From Rotaria socialis (Eukaryota), in contig CAJNYD010000185.1 of the NCBI GenBank assembly GCA_905331295.1, forward strand, positions 1 to 64,000: a stretch of 64,000 nucleotides of DNA. Reading direction: 5' to 3'. Of this stretch, positions 28,864 to 43,300 are shown one piece after another; positions within the stretch are counted from its first letter, which is position 1; each line of letters starts with the position of its first letter. Position numbers and translations under genes: made by a program. The notes under the pieces are model-generated. The model ran no database searches. It worked only from the letters and a program-made list of their open reading frames with translations, and was not told the DNA's origin.

Positions 28864-30963
28864 TTATGCAGTGTTATTATCTGTGGACGTTTGTTCTCGT
28901 TGACTGAGATCAATAGTAAAAGCCACCGGTGTTTGAGCACGATTTCGTCGGCGAACATTATAAAGGTCTCGAACAATCACTGTATCACGTGGCTTCTGAG
29001 CACCAGATTGAGGTAAATTAGGTGCACTAGGTTGATCAAGTATAAATGTACGTTGACGCTGTAAATCGTTTGTTGAAGGTACTTGTTCTTGAATTGAGGG
29101 AATAGTGGTGGTTCGACCTCTTCCTCGTCCGACTATAGCACCACCTCTTCCACCTTCACCACCACTGCCCCTGCCACCAAAGATGGGCCGATCATCTCCT
29201 TCAAGCGATCGTGCTGCTGTTGTGCTTGTAACATAGTTACGCCTTGGTGATGAATCTGATGGTGCTGGTGGTGGTGGTGGTGGCGGTGGCTGAGTTTGTC
29301 GATTGTTAGCCGCTGCAAATGGATTTGAACCAAAGATGGAGGATGATTGAGCAGTAGATGTTGAACGATGAAGTCCTTGTGGATCCCATGAAGCTGTATA
29401 GGATGATGTACTAGTTCGAGCAGGTACTGTTGCATTCAGATCAGCAAATAGATTATTAGCGCTGCGAGAAGGACCGATTTGCGTAGGGAGATAACCAATA
29501 GTTTGTGATAGTAGAGGAGTTTGTGATGCTATGTTACCCCGAGAATAATAAAGATTTTCTAACTGTCGGTCTGAACAAAATTGACGGCTGAAAAACTAGC
29601 AAATTCTTGTCATTCAAACAACTTACACTGACCATTTTGAGATTGGGCTTGCCATTGTGATGGATTTCTTGGTGGTGTAACATATTCTGTTGTGGCATAT
29701 GGAGGATTTAATACAGTAGAGACTCTTGGTTGTTGTTGTTGTTGTTGTTGTGGTTGTTGTTGGAATTGAGCAACTTGATTTGTTGAAATTTGAGATCGCT
29801 GTTCTTGAGATGTATCAATTAATCGACCGAAATTTTTTATAGCGGAAGAAATAGCTTCTTGATCATTAAATACAAGTCTTAACTGGATAATTTCGTCAGT
29901 AATATATAGATATATTTTAAATCATGCATATGACCTTATTCATTACCTGCTCACCTTCTGCACATCAGATGGCATTTGTGTTTGTACACCTTGAATTTGT
30001 TGTGAATAACGATTAGATTGTGCTCGCATATTTGCTAAATCAACATCAGTGACAAATTGTCCACTTTTTAAAATAAATAAATGAATCAAATCATAAACAG
30101 ATCAAAGTAAAAGTTTACTTCGCAAATGCTGCTCCTACTGATTCACAAAAACTTGCTACGCTTGCTAATTCAACTTCACCAGTTTCTTGTTGTAAGCGAG
30201 ATGTTCTGAAAAACATAATATTCTCGTATACAGAAAATGAAAACTACTCATTTTATTTACCTCAACTGTGATTGCATATAAACTTCAGCTTCAGTCAATA
30301 ATGCTGTCTCACGGTGCTTTAGTTCATCAATTAAAGTAGCTATTACTAATGATATTTCTCGTCGAATTTGTTCATGATTTGTTTTAACAATATTAACTCG
30401 TTGTTCATATGAAGTAATTTTATCGCTCAATGCGGGTAAAGTACGACGTAATTGACTGACAGAAGAATTGATGTTTTGAAATGTTTCACGTAAATGTGGC
30501 TCTCGGCATTCAGTACAGAAAAAATTCGAGCAATCATGACAATTTACAAGAGCTAAGGCATTTTATATAAAAGAAAAAACACATTTAGCTTTCTCTCCGA
30601 GTAGATTACTTTGTTTTTGTGCGTTACAACGACAACATCGATCCGGAAGATTGATATTTGTTGATGGTTGAATATCAAGAAATCCAATCATAGTTAAATT
30701 AGAAGGAAATGCTTGAACTCCACCTGGTATTAAAATTTCAATTAAAATTATATAGACCATTTTTTTTATTTCAAACCTTGTGGAATCACATGTTCTCGAC
30801 GACATTCAGGGCAACGTAACGAGCGTGCTCGTGGATCGACTAAATTTGTTAAGCATGGTGTTAAACAAAATGTATGCATACATGGTAAAACTTTTGGAAG
30901 ACGAAATGTATCCAAACAAATAGGACATGTGGCCAAACGTTGCATTCTGTTCGCAGCAGCCAT
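28864..30963 (-). CDS. TRIM-type RING / B-box-like / coiled-coil protein (nhl-1-like N-terminus) with a low-complexity C-terminus
   Basis: The RING is CPICLDTFRLPKVLPCMHTFCLTPCLTNLVDPRARSLRCPECR, followed by GGVQAFPSNLTMIGFLDI. A B-box-like CCRC...VNCHDCSNFFCTECREPH comes next, then a coiled coil (IDELKHRETALLTEAEVY). The tail is Q/P/S/G-rich and ends ...STDNNTA* at 28864. Confidence 0.85.
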
Positions 30964-31337
30964 TTGTCAACTTTTGTTTTTCGATTTTACTTTTTTATGG
31001 TTTCTTCTCAATGAATCAAATTGTTTCTCGATGAAAGAAATATGAGAATCTAACACCATGTTTTGTAATGCGCTGTGTCGTTGGCAATCAACCTCGGAAT
31101 GCTACAAAACAAGATGTCGCAATCTATTGGAATTTTTCAAAGTAAAGGTTTGTTTTTTCGAACATCTATATTTTATAGTTCGTTTAAAATGAAGTAAGGA
31201 ACGAAAATAAGTTTACGTGTTTAATTTTGCAGAACGCCTTTTTATCTTATGTGGCCTATCAAAATATAGATATATCTATTTAATTTGAATTGAACTTTTT
31301 CACACGGCTAATGAAATAATCGGATGGAATATTTTAA

Positions 31338-32404
31338 GGGAAAATGACACCTCGTCTCATCTCTTTTTTACTAACTCCGGTAAAATAATTTGTTTGCGAT
31401 CTCCTGACATGAAAAAAAGACATGACGTTCGGAATGACAAAGGCATGGAAACCGTAATAAGCAAAAGACGACACGATTTTCACACTTATGTTCAGGCTTT
31501 GTTTCCCTGTGAGAAAATATGAAGTGATACACTATAGTCGCAACTTAAAATCACACATAGTCAACGTTTCAGTGGATTCAAGCATCTACAATTGCACTTC
31601 TGTTTGCTATAATAACTCTAGTATTAGTTATTATTCTCCTTATTCCTTCAATACTTTCTGTTATCAGATATTAACTTTATTGAAAGAAAATAAATACGCA
31701 TATTCATGAGTCTAGTGTTAATGTACATCATCATTCTATTTATTCTTCGATGAATGTGCACGTTTTTTGAACCTGGCTATTTGTGTAATTTTTCGATGTT
31801 GAAGCAATGAGATCAGATTGAGATAATGATGTGTAAGATGAAGACGAAGCAACAGGACTATGATCTCTGGGTCTAACTATAAGACAATTCAATGCTGGAG
31901 TTGAACGTAAATAAGATTTAGGAGCAGCTTGCTCAGTTGTTGCTTTCGACAACTGTTGGTTTTTTAATCAACTTCTGCCCTTAGAAACAACTTCTAAGAC
32001 TATAGCACAAGGAGTATAGGTAAAGAAAGAATAATTACTTATATAATTATGGATGCAATCAAACATGCAACCTATTATTGTCTATGAGAGCAGAAAGTTT
32101 TTATATCAATTACAATATCCTGATAAATTCTTTTACGAGCTTCACGTTTAAGTACCGTTAGAATTTCTCTCCGAGCTACCGGCGGTGTTTATTAAGATCT
32201 CCAAGTGTTACATTAAATATAGCAAAAATACTCTACTCCGAACATCTGATAAACACATTACGATCTTCCAGCTGTCTATTACGATCTCCGGTACATAGGT
32301 GTCTACGAACTCCCGCCATAAATTTTTACGAATAAAATTAATTTCCGAACACTCGGTAACATTTACCGCTGTTCGGAAGAGGTGAGACGAAGCGTAACTT
32401 TCCC
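31338..32404. mobile_element. Degenerate non-autonomous TIR element, about 1.07 kb
   Basis: The left end GGGAAAATGACACCTCGTCTCATCTCTT compares with the reverse complement of the right end GGGAAAGTTACGCTTCGTCTCACCTCTT (5 mismatches). Recurrent (ACG)ATCTCC(GG)-like motifs lie near both ends. Confidence 0.5.
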
Positions 32405-33946
32405 TATTTTAATTAATATTTAATATTTTACGGAGAATTTATTTATATGAACCATAGAAAGTTCTAATATGCTTTATGGTAATCGGATTTACAATTGGAA
32501 AATCTCTTCACATAGAATAATCGTATAAAAAACGATAAGAAATAGAGAATTGAGGATTCACTTTTCTATGATTCATTTATTTTTATAATTTCTAGTTCAA
32601 ATGGCTTTTTTCTTTAGCCTGAGGCTTTTAAAACTACGCATAGTTTCATGTAAAAACATCCAATAAAATTCCATTTCGCGTGATAAATATATCCATCGCG
32701 TGATGAACAGCGAGTTACTAAAATATTCATGATAGTTCATCTCTTATGTTGCATATGATATCACGAAATAAGAGTGAAGCATATCACTCTGGGAACTGTC
32801 ATTTGTGAACATAGATAATTACTACTATAAAATGAACCTAAGCCAAAATAAATAAGAGCATTAGGATAATAAAAGTAAAGGAAAAACTTGTGCCAAAGAA
32901 AAAAAATATATAAATTGACATTTCTTCACTGGTCGACACTTGAAAGAAAACGTTTTCAATTTGAGTAATATTCAGAAAAAAGATTTCTTCGCTGATTATG
33001 CTTAAACTAGCATGCAATGTAATATTCTTGTTCGAAGTTTTTTGAAAAAGATCCACTAAGCTGCTTACTCAAAGATTTATATTCTAAATAAAGACTAGAA
33101 CATATGATGATGACTTCGACACGCTTCGTCAAAATTGAACTAAAAAAACGTTACTTTTTATTTTGTAAATTTAATTAAAACGCACTTGCTGGTTAGTTAT
33201 ATGATACATTCATTCTAATAGCTTTTTATAATTGTAAGAGCTAAAGCATGAAATTAAAAGCAAGTTGACCAAATCTCAATTACACATTAAATGACCGCAT
33301 TGACTTTGTAACTGAGTCAATTATGCCTATTAAAAATAGCTTTGATGTTTATTGAAGAAGAACTAATGATAGGATTATCCTATGGTTGTATATAAAAGTC
33401 AAAAACAGAAGAACGCGAGAAGAAAAAAATAAGCTTCCAACAACGAATTTTCTATCGGCGAGCATCATTTCCCAAATGCAACATCATGTGCTGATCAAAG
33501 TAGTTTTTATCATGACACTTTATGAGTAGCCTTGAAAATATGATTCAATTAATAATTTTCACCATTCAAGCCTCTTAATTTGATTAAATAAACTGCAAAT
33601 ATATACTGTTGGATTTCGTCTTTTTTTGAATGTAGCCAGTATTATCATTATATCGTTTCTATTGGCGTTGCATATATCTAATTAGGGAATCGATTATCGT
33701 TCTAGTCATCGGCTGCACCCAATCGAGTTCGATACTTTCTCGATGCCGTTTTATTGTTTACATATATACATTCATAGAAACGACATAGAGCGAATAATAG
33801 TAGAATTTAGAAGAAGAAAAAAATGACAGCGAGAAGAGAATCTTTTTCGAGCATAACATTTATAGAATCACGATACATTTGTCAAGAGTTCTCCAATGGA
33901 AAGAGTAGGTGGCTGGAGGAGGGCGGGGGGGGGGGGGGAAGTGGCA

Positions 33947-33990
33947 NNNNNNNNNNNNNNNNNNNNNNNNNNNNNNNNNNNNNNNNNNNN
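33947..33990. other. Assembly gap (N run) flanked by poly-G and poly-C tracts
   Basis: 44 N bases lie between a G-run and a C-run. Confidence 0.95.
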
Positions 33991-36735
33991 CCCCCCCCCC
34001 CCCCCCCCCCCACCATGCAAATTGCGTTGAAAATAGTTTTTTTCTGATTGCCCAAAAATAATACTTTATCAAGTTGATATTGGCGAAATACAAGCACCTT
34101 ACTTGATTATTGTTAACATTTATATTATTCTTCTATTTATTCATAATTAGTATAGTTAAATCATTGTTAATTAGAATGGCTGTTTTCATTGAGCATGCTG
34201 ATCTCATATCAATTACTTTCTATTAATATTCGATCATAGATAGAATGCTGATCACATGCTTAATCATAATATACGAATTTATAATACAGAATGATGAATG
34301 CATACATGCATTTTTTATTCAATTTGATTATGGACGTGTGAGCAAACCATTGTACTTTCTTTCTCATTGCTATGGATAAAACCAAGTGCACAAATTTGAT
34401 GTATGTCAACTGAGAGTATTGGTTCGATCGTGCATCATTTATCATCCATGTCCCTTCAGGTTTATTTTCGTTTATCTAATGTCTTTTTACATTGGTTTAA
34501 TATGATTTGTAACTAGTAATTTATTACACGAATAGCATCGTATAAAAATGATTGGGAAAAAGGAGAACAGAAGATAAAATGTTCAAGATACAAGACCAGA
34601 AAAGAGGAGAACAACAAGAATACGATTGTTAGCATTGGTTATTGCTGCTCATTGTTTGATAGTTAGACGTAAAGAGAAATGTTCACTAGTGAATCAATGG
34701 GCGAGTGAATTGTGGTGATGATGATGATGATGACGGTAGAAGAAACGCAAAGATCTAGCGTGGTTATAGTGTAGGAAAGAAGCCGATACCGAAGAAGAAG
34801 CAGAAGAAGAAGAAAAAGAAGAGAAAGAACATGAGGATGAAGATGAACGAACATCAACAGAAAAAATAGGAGAAAAAAAAATAGCACGCAAAAGAAGGAC
34901 ACGCAATCGATTTTTGTGCTGTGCTCGCTGGTCTTTGTTTCTTGAAGGACACAAAAAGAATAGTAATCTATCGCACGTACTATGATGTTTAATACTTCTA
35001 CTATAATATACCATGATGCTGCTATTATGAAACTATCAGTTGGTAGCACACGATGGTAATGATCATTTATTCATGAATTCACCTATTGTAATTGTGATTT
35101 GTAGTAACTTACAATTGATTTTGTTCTCAATCTATTTTGAATATATATATATATATATATTACTCTACAAATTCTAAGATTATTTTGTTTTTCGACAAGT
35201 CTTATTTTCTTTTTATATCCGGATGTGTACTGACTGCATTTCTATTTTCAGATTAATTGAACCAATATCTCGAGGGAACACTTGCTGATGTACTCCCGTC
35301 GATATCAACGTCATATTTATTTACTATCTAAGACTATTTGAAGATAAGTGCAAGAAAGGTCTAGCCATTCTGATCTCCATGTGTTTGTTTTTGTAAGTAT
35401 TCGTAAAGATCATAAAACATACAGATGTATTCCATCACAATGCATGTGTGTGCGTTAAATGTTTTTTTTGCCATTATAATTAAACACATCTTCTTCGGTG
35501 TCTTTTTTTCTGGAAACATGCATCAACGAGTCGAGTTAGGTAACTACTAGAGAAAAACAATCTTCCCATTATATACGAATAAAATTTACAAACAGACTTT
35601 TATTTTTGGATACACTCGTGATAATAATTTGTAACTTCAATGACATATCAATTTATATATTTAGAAGACAGGAAAATATTAGCGACTATCTAACATTAGA
35701 AATATGATTAAACAACCTCAGGCGATTTTTTGTTGAATCAATATCTTTAGAAGAGTAAAATTTGGAAAAGGAAAGCTTCTTATACACATCGTTTCCGTTG
35801 TATTTGTTATAAAATTTACATAGTTGATTTTTCTTTCGGAGGCGTTCTGAAACTTGAACGGATTCTATTTACTATTCTTTGCCTTTTTTTTGCTTTTTGA
35901 GTTGGAAAAAGAAGGATCAAACTCGTGCTTAAACTGGAGAATTTCATGACTATTGGTAGCCAAGATGAAGCAAATAGATCTTCCGGAAATGAACACAAGG
36001 TTAGACTTTCTCGTTGTTTCAGTTACTAATTACAAATATAGACAAAGAAAAAAACTATTTTAATTGTGTTAATATATCAAGTTTCATAAGTACGTGACAA
36101 AGGCGAGGCATTACATCTTTATCCTCTTTCAATTTATCCTCTTTACTAATCTACTTAGTATATACACAAACATCTACTTTCCCTTGACTTTTTTTATCGT
36201 AGGATGTTTATACAGAAAAATTGAGAGAGCAAACTTGTCCTAATCATATGCATATAAGAAGAACTACTCTCATTGAACTACTCTCTTCCTTCGTATGCCT
36301 GTTGGATCTATCAATAATGATAGTTAGGATGCAACGACTATAGACGAAGATGAAAGAAGAAAGAGAGATAGAGAGCACAACGAGAAAATGGAAAAAATTT
36401 ACCCTTCGGCGTAAAATCCGTCATCATCTGAATGTCAAAATTTCCTTCTCATGGCATCAATATAGATGTTGATGTAGACGCAACGGATAGAAATAAATAG
36501 AAACTGACAAAATTACATCAGGTGCAGTTATTCTATTTGATACAGAGGCACTTTTTCTTCTTCTTTTTTTTTATCCATTTTTTCCATTACTGAAAATAAT
36601 TACATTGCAATATATTTATATGACCAGATTTTTTCAAGTCTATTTCTTTTTCTTGCATATCTTAGTAAGTCGTTTGGTTGAATTGTAGCAACAACAAGAC
36701 ACAAATTTATTAACCAAAACGGCAATTAACATAAC

Positions 36736-39700
36736 ATGTGTCATTATTGTTGCTATTTAACACATATGAACGCATCATTATCGCCAAATAGTCATGGTAC
36801 TAGTCAATGTATCCCACAGTATTTGAAATGCGGCCGTACAGGGTCATGCAGTTTAACTGTATCATTATGTCTCGTTAGTTTAACAATATTTTTCGTAATG
36901 CTTAATACTACTCTGGTTCTTTCGCACTCATCACGAATACAACAACAACAGCGAGAACAATCATCAAACAAAATTCTTCAAGAAAATTCGCGAGGTAAAG
37001 AAAGTTAATTTGATTTTGTTTAGTTTTTAATGTTTGCTTTGAAAATAATTTAGAAAATGATGTCTTTATAATAAGATATTTAGATTGATTTTTCTATTCT
37101 GTACATAAAGAAAAAACAACGCCCGATGATTATATGATAGACAAATATAAAGCTAAAGATTTCTATTAGAATTACATCATCTCTATTCGACATAAAATGG
37201 AAAAGTGTCTCGGAGAGAAATTCTCAATAGAATAAGACCATCAAGTTTACCTAAAATATAATAGACATTCTTTTATTGCAAGTTTAATATTAACATGGGC
37301 GAAACATAATATTCAGAGATGAAGAGACATAAAAACTATCATCTAATATCATTAACTAGCATTTTATACATGCAACATATTTTACTTTTGCAATAAAGCT
37401 TGATGGTTGTTTATCATAAATATTTGTTTTATTTAAATAAAAATTTGAAACTATTCTTGATAGATAGTTTCGGTGTTAATGCAGCGCATGATCAAGATCA
37501 ACAACACGCCAAATATCGTCATTATTCTTCATCAAAAGCAACTGGTTCTGATGCCTTACCTAATCCACCAAAAACAAAACGTTTAACACATGAAAAACGT
37601 TTGATTCGCGATTTACTTAGTAACTATCCAACTATATATGCGCGTCCAATACGTAATGTATCTGAGCCTGTTAATGTTACTTTTGGTTTAACTCTTATAC
37701 AATTGTTTGATCTTGGCTCAAGTGGTCAAAGAATGCAAACAAACACATGGAAAACGTTGATATGGCAAGATATGAATTTAGTTTGGAATCCTGTTGATTA
37801 CGGTGGATTAGCAACAGTTTGTTTACCAGCTGATTCAATATGGACACCGGTATTCTAAGAAAAATAATTGAATTTGCTTTTTTTGTGAATTTAAAAGAAA
37901 TTTCTTTAGGATGTTGTTTTATACAATTATGCTGATGAACGTTTAAAAGATTGGCGTGAAATTTCTGCTGTTATACAAAATACAGGTGATATTCTCTATG
38001 TACCAGCAACAATGCAATTTAGTGTTTGTTTTCTTGATATAACGAAATTTCCTTACGATATTCATCAATGTTCATTAAAATATCGCTCATGGACATATGA
38101 CTTTTCAAAAGTAGTTCTCTCGTTTAAAGACAATATACCAGGTTTGGATATGACGGCATATTTAAATTCAAACGAATGGAAAGTCATACCACTTGAAGCA
38201 AAAAAAACTATTACAAATGATACATTTTCATTGTTAACATTTACAATGATTATTCAACGGAAAGGTGGTCTTTATGGATATATTTTAATATTACCCTGTT
38301 TACTTTTATCTGCAGCAACAATGGTCGTGTTTTGGATTCCACCTGAATCTCCAGCAAAAATGATTTTAACTATATCAATTTTTTCTGGCCTATTTCTCTT
38401 ATTACTTTTGCTTGCTGAATCAATACCAGGTATGTGATTAAAACTGTTCCCTGAAGAATATGTTTCTTTTTAATGACTTTATCTTCTATTTCTATGTTTT
38501 ATTTTTGATAATTGCGATTAATGAGCCTGAAAACAAGACGTGAAATCATTCTTTTTTTCACTTAGCAATCGTCATAACAACTCTCAGAAACCAAACAGGA
38601 TTTAATCTATCCTTTAAATGGATTTATATGATGAACAAATATCCAATAAGAAATCATAGATATTCTAAGACTAGACTCTTTAGTATAAGTTCGTCGTCTT
38701 TTTTTCTTAAGTTTAATTATAGGATACTATTTTTAAGTAGTTTTATGATGATTAAAAATTAATCATTGACTTCAGCTCGACAAGAAGCAAAGATACGACT
38801 ACCAAAGTTTAAAAAGTATTTTTCTGTTTCGACTCAAAGCCTTGCAAGAAAATTATATCGTTCTTTGATTGAAGATCTACCATATTTACTTTATAACATC
38901 TTAATGCCATCGATATTCTAGTAGAAAAATGTATAGTTTAATTTAGTAGAAAGAAACGTTGACCTTCAGTATTCAACTATAGCAAATGAACATGACAAAC
39001 AACAGTTCGTTCGTATGCGGATGAAAGCAAATTAAACCGGCAGACATGTCATGTGCACGATAGCATACTTTTATTTCATGAAATAATTAATGATAAGCGA
39101 GCAGATGAAACAAGATGACTAAAATAGATGTAATTAAAATTCATTAAGATCTTCAAACATCACGTTTATAGATAATCTGTCTGGGTTTTTTTTCTAGCTC
39201 TATGTAGTAATGGCGCAAAATCATACTTTAGCATACATTTGAAATAGCAGCAAATAATGAACCATGTCGGCATACCCGAATTTTTCAAGTTCGCCGAAAG
39301 TTTATGATCAGTTTGCGTCCGATTTTTTTATTCTAAACTAATTTACATCTTTACATTGCTGACATAATTTAATCATATTAAATCGAATTAAACTATATAT
39401 ATATATATATACACATACACCATCAGCATGATGCATTTTTTAGGAATGTAAACAACTTATATATGCCATTAATAAATCTAGCTAGTTTTAGTTTGACTAA
39501 TAGCATAACGAATTTCAGTCATATTATTAAATTATGTTGAACGAGGTCTTATTTTGATTGATCACGTGGTCACAATCGTTAATGTGTAGCATCGATCAAG
39601 TTTTTGTTTTTTCTTAAGATTTTAAATTATCTAACTATTACTTATTTAAGGTGGTGGTGGTACTCCTCAAATTGGTTATTATTATTGTGTCAATATGGTT

Positions 39701-40363
39701 GTTGTGTCAGTCACAGCTGTTCTTGCTACCATAGTTATTCATATCTATGTTCGAGGTGATCGACGTCAAGGTGTTCCACCATCAATTCGTCGTTTGTTTC
39801 TGCAGTACCTCGCTCAATTTTATTGCATGGCTCCGAAACCATCTCATAATTTAGCTTGTACTGTTACATCTCGTCTTGGCTCACCGGTGCCCGGCGCTCT
39901 TGTATTACCAGAAAAAATCTTTTTAACGCCACATTATCACGAGGAAGAGTTTTCCAAAAAACTTAAGTTACTTAAACAACGTTTTCATGATTTTCATCGA
40001 CAGCAACAAAAACAACAACAAAATTCTGTTGGGGGCACAACAACGACAACAACTGATACAATAGCTGCATTGAGTATTAATTTACGTTCTATTGAAAATG
40101 ATTTAAAAGAAATTCGAGACTACCTACGACACATGAAGCAGAAAATTGAAGATACGGATCGATCCAATAAAGCTGCTGACGATTGGAAACAAGTTGCACT
40201 TGTACTCGATCGAACATTTTTCTTTGCTTATTTTGGTTGGCTTATTCTATCGCTTATTGTTATGTTTCCAAAGACAACAAATATATCAAAAGGTACTTGG
40301 TCAACACCAATACGAACACTTACCAATTTAACTAATGACACGAGCGATATAACATTGATATAG
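36736..40363 (+). CDS. Cys-loop ligand-gated ion channel, nAChR-like non-alpha subunit, predicted anion-selective; 4 coding exons (~36736-36994, 37464-37848, 37910-38429, 39651-40363)
   Basis: The N-terminal helix is EKRLIRDLL...ARP, followed by IWTPDVVLYN and the Cys-loop CFLDITKFPYDIHQC (C-x13-C). Loop B is SWTYD. M1-M2 reads ...FWIPPESPAKMILTIS, M3 is IGYYYCVNMVVV, and M4 is DWKQVALVLDRTFF. There are no vicinal cysteines in loop C. Confidence 0.93.
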
Positions 40364-43300
40364 TTTCTTTTCTTTTTTCTTGTAAAACTAATATCTCGGT
40401 GCTACGCTCTCATCCTAATGCTTTTCCTCCTATATTTTGTATGATCAATTCGCAAGTTTTGTATTGTATGTATACCGTTTTTTTTTTCTCCAACGAATGA
40501 TTTATTGTTTAGACGAATACAACATGTTTCTATTAGAATATTCTGGATTCTTTTTTTTTGTATTGAAAAGTGCCATTTTCGAACAAGTACCTAACGAAAC
40601 GGAATAATTTCGATGAATTGAAAATTATTTGTTTTAATTATTTCAGTTGGCTCATGAATATGATATCTGACTTGGAATTTTTTCAAGATACAATCTTAGC
40701 TTTTTCTTTCGGTTGAAAATCGCACTCAAACGCATGGCATTAAGAAAACAAAGTCAAGATATTGTACTTCTCTTTAGAAGTTAAATTCTATTCTAAGCAT
40801 CGTGCATATTAATATTATGTCTTTGTCTTCACTACGGCTCAATTGCATGAGAAAAGCGAACACATATGGAATGATAAATTTCGTAATTTGATTTACATGA
40901 TCTTCTTATATTGCAAATGAAAATAAATTAGCCTACAGAAAAAGAGCAAAACTCGATTAATTTTATCTCGAATCTAAATAAGTCATAGAATACTTCATAT
41001 TTTTGTAATAATTTCATTAAAACATGCTGTTAGGTGTTCATGCATTGTATAGTCGTTCGAGAAAATCTTCTGAATTTTCATAGAAATCCATGATTATCTT
41101 AGTGCTATCAATCTCGAACATAAATATAGAAGAGGGTATACAGCGTTTTCGCCTACTTGCTGTTGAAAATTTCCGTTGAAACTTCCCCCTGTTTCACAAA
41201 TTTTAGTATGAAACATCCCGTTCTTGGGCGGTGTTCTATGTTGAAAACTCTTCATTTTCTCCTTCCTTCAGAGTTTTGATTTACGCCCGCACATCTGCTA
41301 TCATGGTATATGATTGGAACTAAATTGGTATAAAATAAAAACATTCATATTACTCATTGCTTATAATTGATAAAAGCCAAGCAATATAGTGATTCACTGT
41401 AGAATCCAAGAGATGAAGTAATAATAGAAAAACGTATTTAAATTCGTTTCTGTATGAACGCTGTATTTTCTAAATAGAAAAACAATGAAGAGTATTAAGC
41501 TGATAGATATTCGACAACCTACTGCATTTGAATTGTATTTAGCACGACATCTAATGTAAAATTGTGACATACATGTTATAATGATTTAATAATACGATAA
41601 AGAATGTTGCAAGATACTCCTAATTTATTGATGCTGACGAAAGCAGTTCAATCTGTTACGTGTGCCAAACTACAGGGAAATGTAATCATTAAACGTATCT
41701 CCATAGAGATAAATACTTGATCAATTGAAGCAAAGAATTTTGAATGCTGAGATTAAAAAGTTTCCTTTCTATTTTATGCAATACATTTTTATGTGAATTT
41801 ATTCAGCTCAATTATTTACAATGAAATTTTTAGAAATCATACGCTTCTCTAATATCAATAGTTGTCATAGTTCTAGTTGAGTAAATAGTGTAAAATATTT
41901 ATTAATGCCATTGTAATCAAATCGAAATGATCACAAGAACAAACAAAGATTGCTTGTACTAAGTATGATTAGCATGATAGCAGATTTTTCGGCACGAGTT
42001 CTATAAATATATATCTTATTGTGTGTCTATAATTTGTTTTTCAAAACGTAAATAAAAAATCTGCCGAATAAAGTCACATAGACCTACTGTGACATATATT
42101 TTAGACGTTTCGTGTGCGACAAGAGATCAATTAATGATTGAGTTCACACGAAAGGTTGGTATATATTACGAAGACGCGACTTTTCCATGTCAACTACTAC
42201 ATCAAATATTTGATTGGTTCGGTCATGAGCACTATAAAAGCATGTTGTAATTCTCGTCTTTTATACTCTAGTGTAATAGATTTTTGATGGAAAAAAAAGA
42301 ATTTCTATTGCTTATCGGAAGAACATTTCTATTAATCATCTTTTTTTCTGTTTGTCTCACTCGGCGGTTGTATTCCATTTTGTTTCTAACTACGTAGTTT
42401 TGCACTTACGTTTCCTTAATTTTGACACAAGGAAATGGCTGACATTTCACATGCAATCTAGTATAAAAATTTCTGTCAGAAATTAATCTAATTGATTTTC
42501 CGTATTAGCTTAATACTGTAAGTCTATGTGGCGTCTGTTCGAAGACAAGATTTTTTATTGTACACCAGAAATCGAAAATATCATAGACTATCTATGAATA
42601 AATCATCGAGAAAACAACGATCGTTTATTTGAATAAAGGTTAAGACTTCGAACTCGTTTTTTTTTTAAGAAATCTGATATTATTTTAGTTTTTTCCCGTT
42701 TACATGATGATTAATTTTGAATATCAGTGCCAACATAAGTGAAGTACGTATTGAATACTATAGATTTTATGTTCATTCTGTTTATGACTTCAACTAGATT
42801 TTTATTTGATTTCGCTGCGTTTTTAAAATTTCAAGGATTGTGCTTCTAATTTAAATTTCGATTCTACGTAAAAAGGAAGAAGCTATTACAACGAAATACT
42901 TTAAGACTTATATGAAATTTAAGCTGCATGTCTTGACTGAATTGAAGTAATGAGTTTTTACTCAAAAAAAAAACTGTTTGAATTATAGACTTATGAAATG
43001 GATCGGTTTTTCATTGATGAAATCTATAAATAAATCGACTAGTTCTGTCGGTACAATGTCTTACAGAGAAGTGAAATAATCACTATGAATCTACTTTAGT
43101 TTCGGTACTATTTTCGTCACACTCTACAACTGTTTGTCTCAACAAGATCTCTAACGATTTAGAGAGGAGATATCTAAAAAGTGTTCTCTACGTTCGAATA
43201 TTTATTTTACACCCCGATTCACTAAACTTACATGTTCCTGCATATGATTGGCATAGAAGATCCCAAAATCCCTGTCTAACTCATTGCAGTATCAATTTAT

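Noticed and set aside
33823..34097. Poly-Gly/Pro ORFs and a possible G-quadruplex
   Set aside because: They span an N gap with unreliable homopolymers, so an assembly artefact is likely.
34663..35049. 128-aa and 106-aa minus-strand ORFs
   Set aside because: They derive from GAA/GAT low-complexity sequence, probably the promoter or 5' leader of the receptor gene, and have no domain signal.
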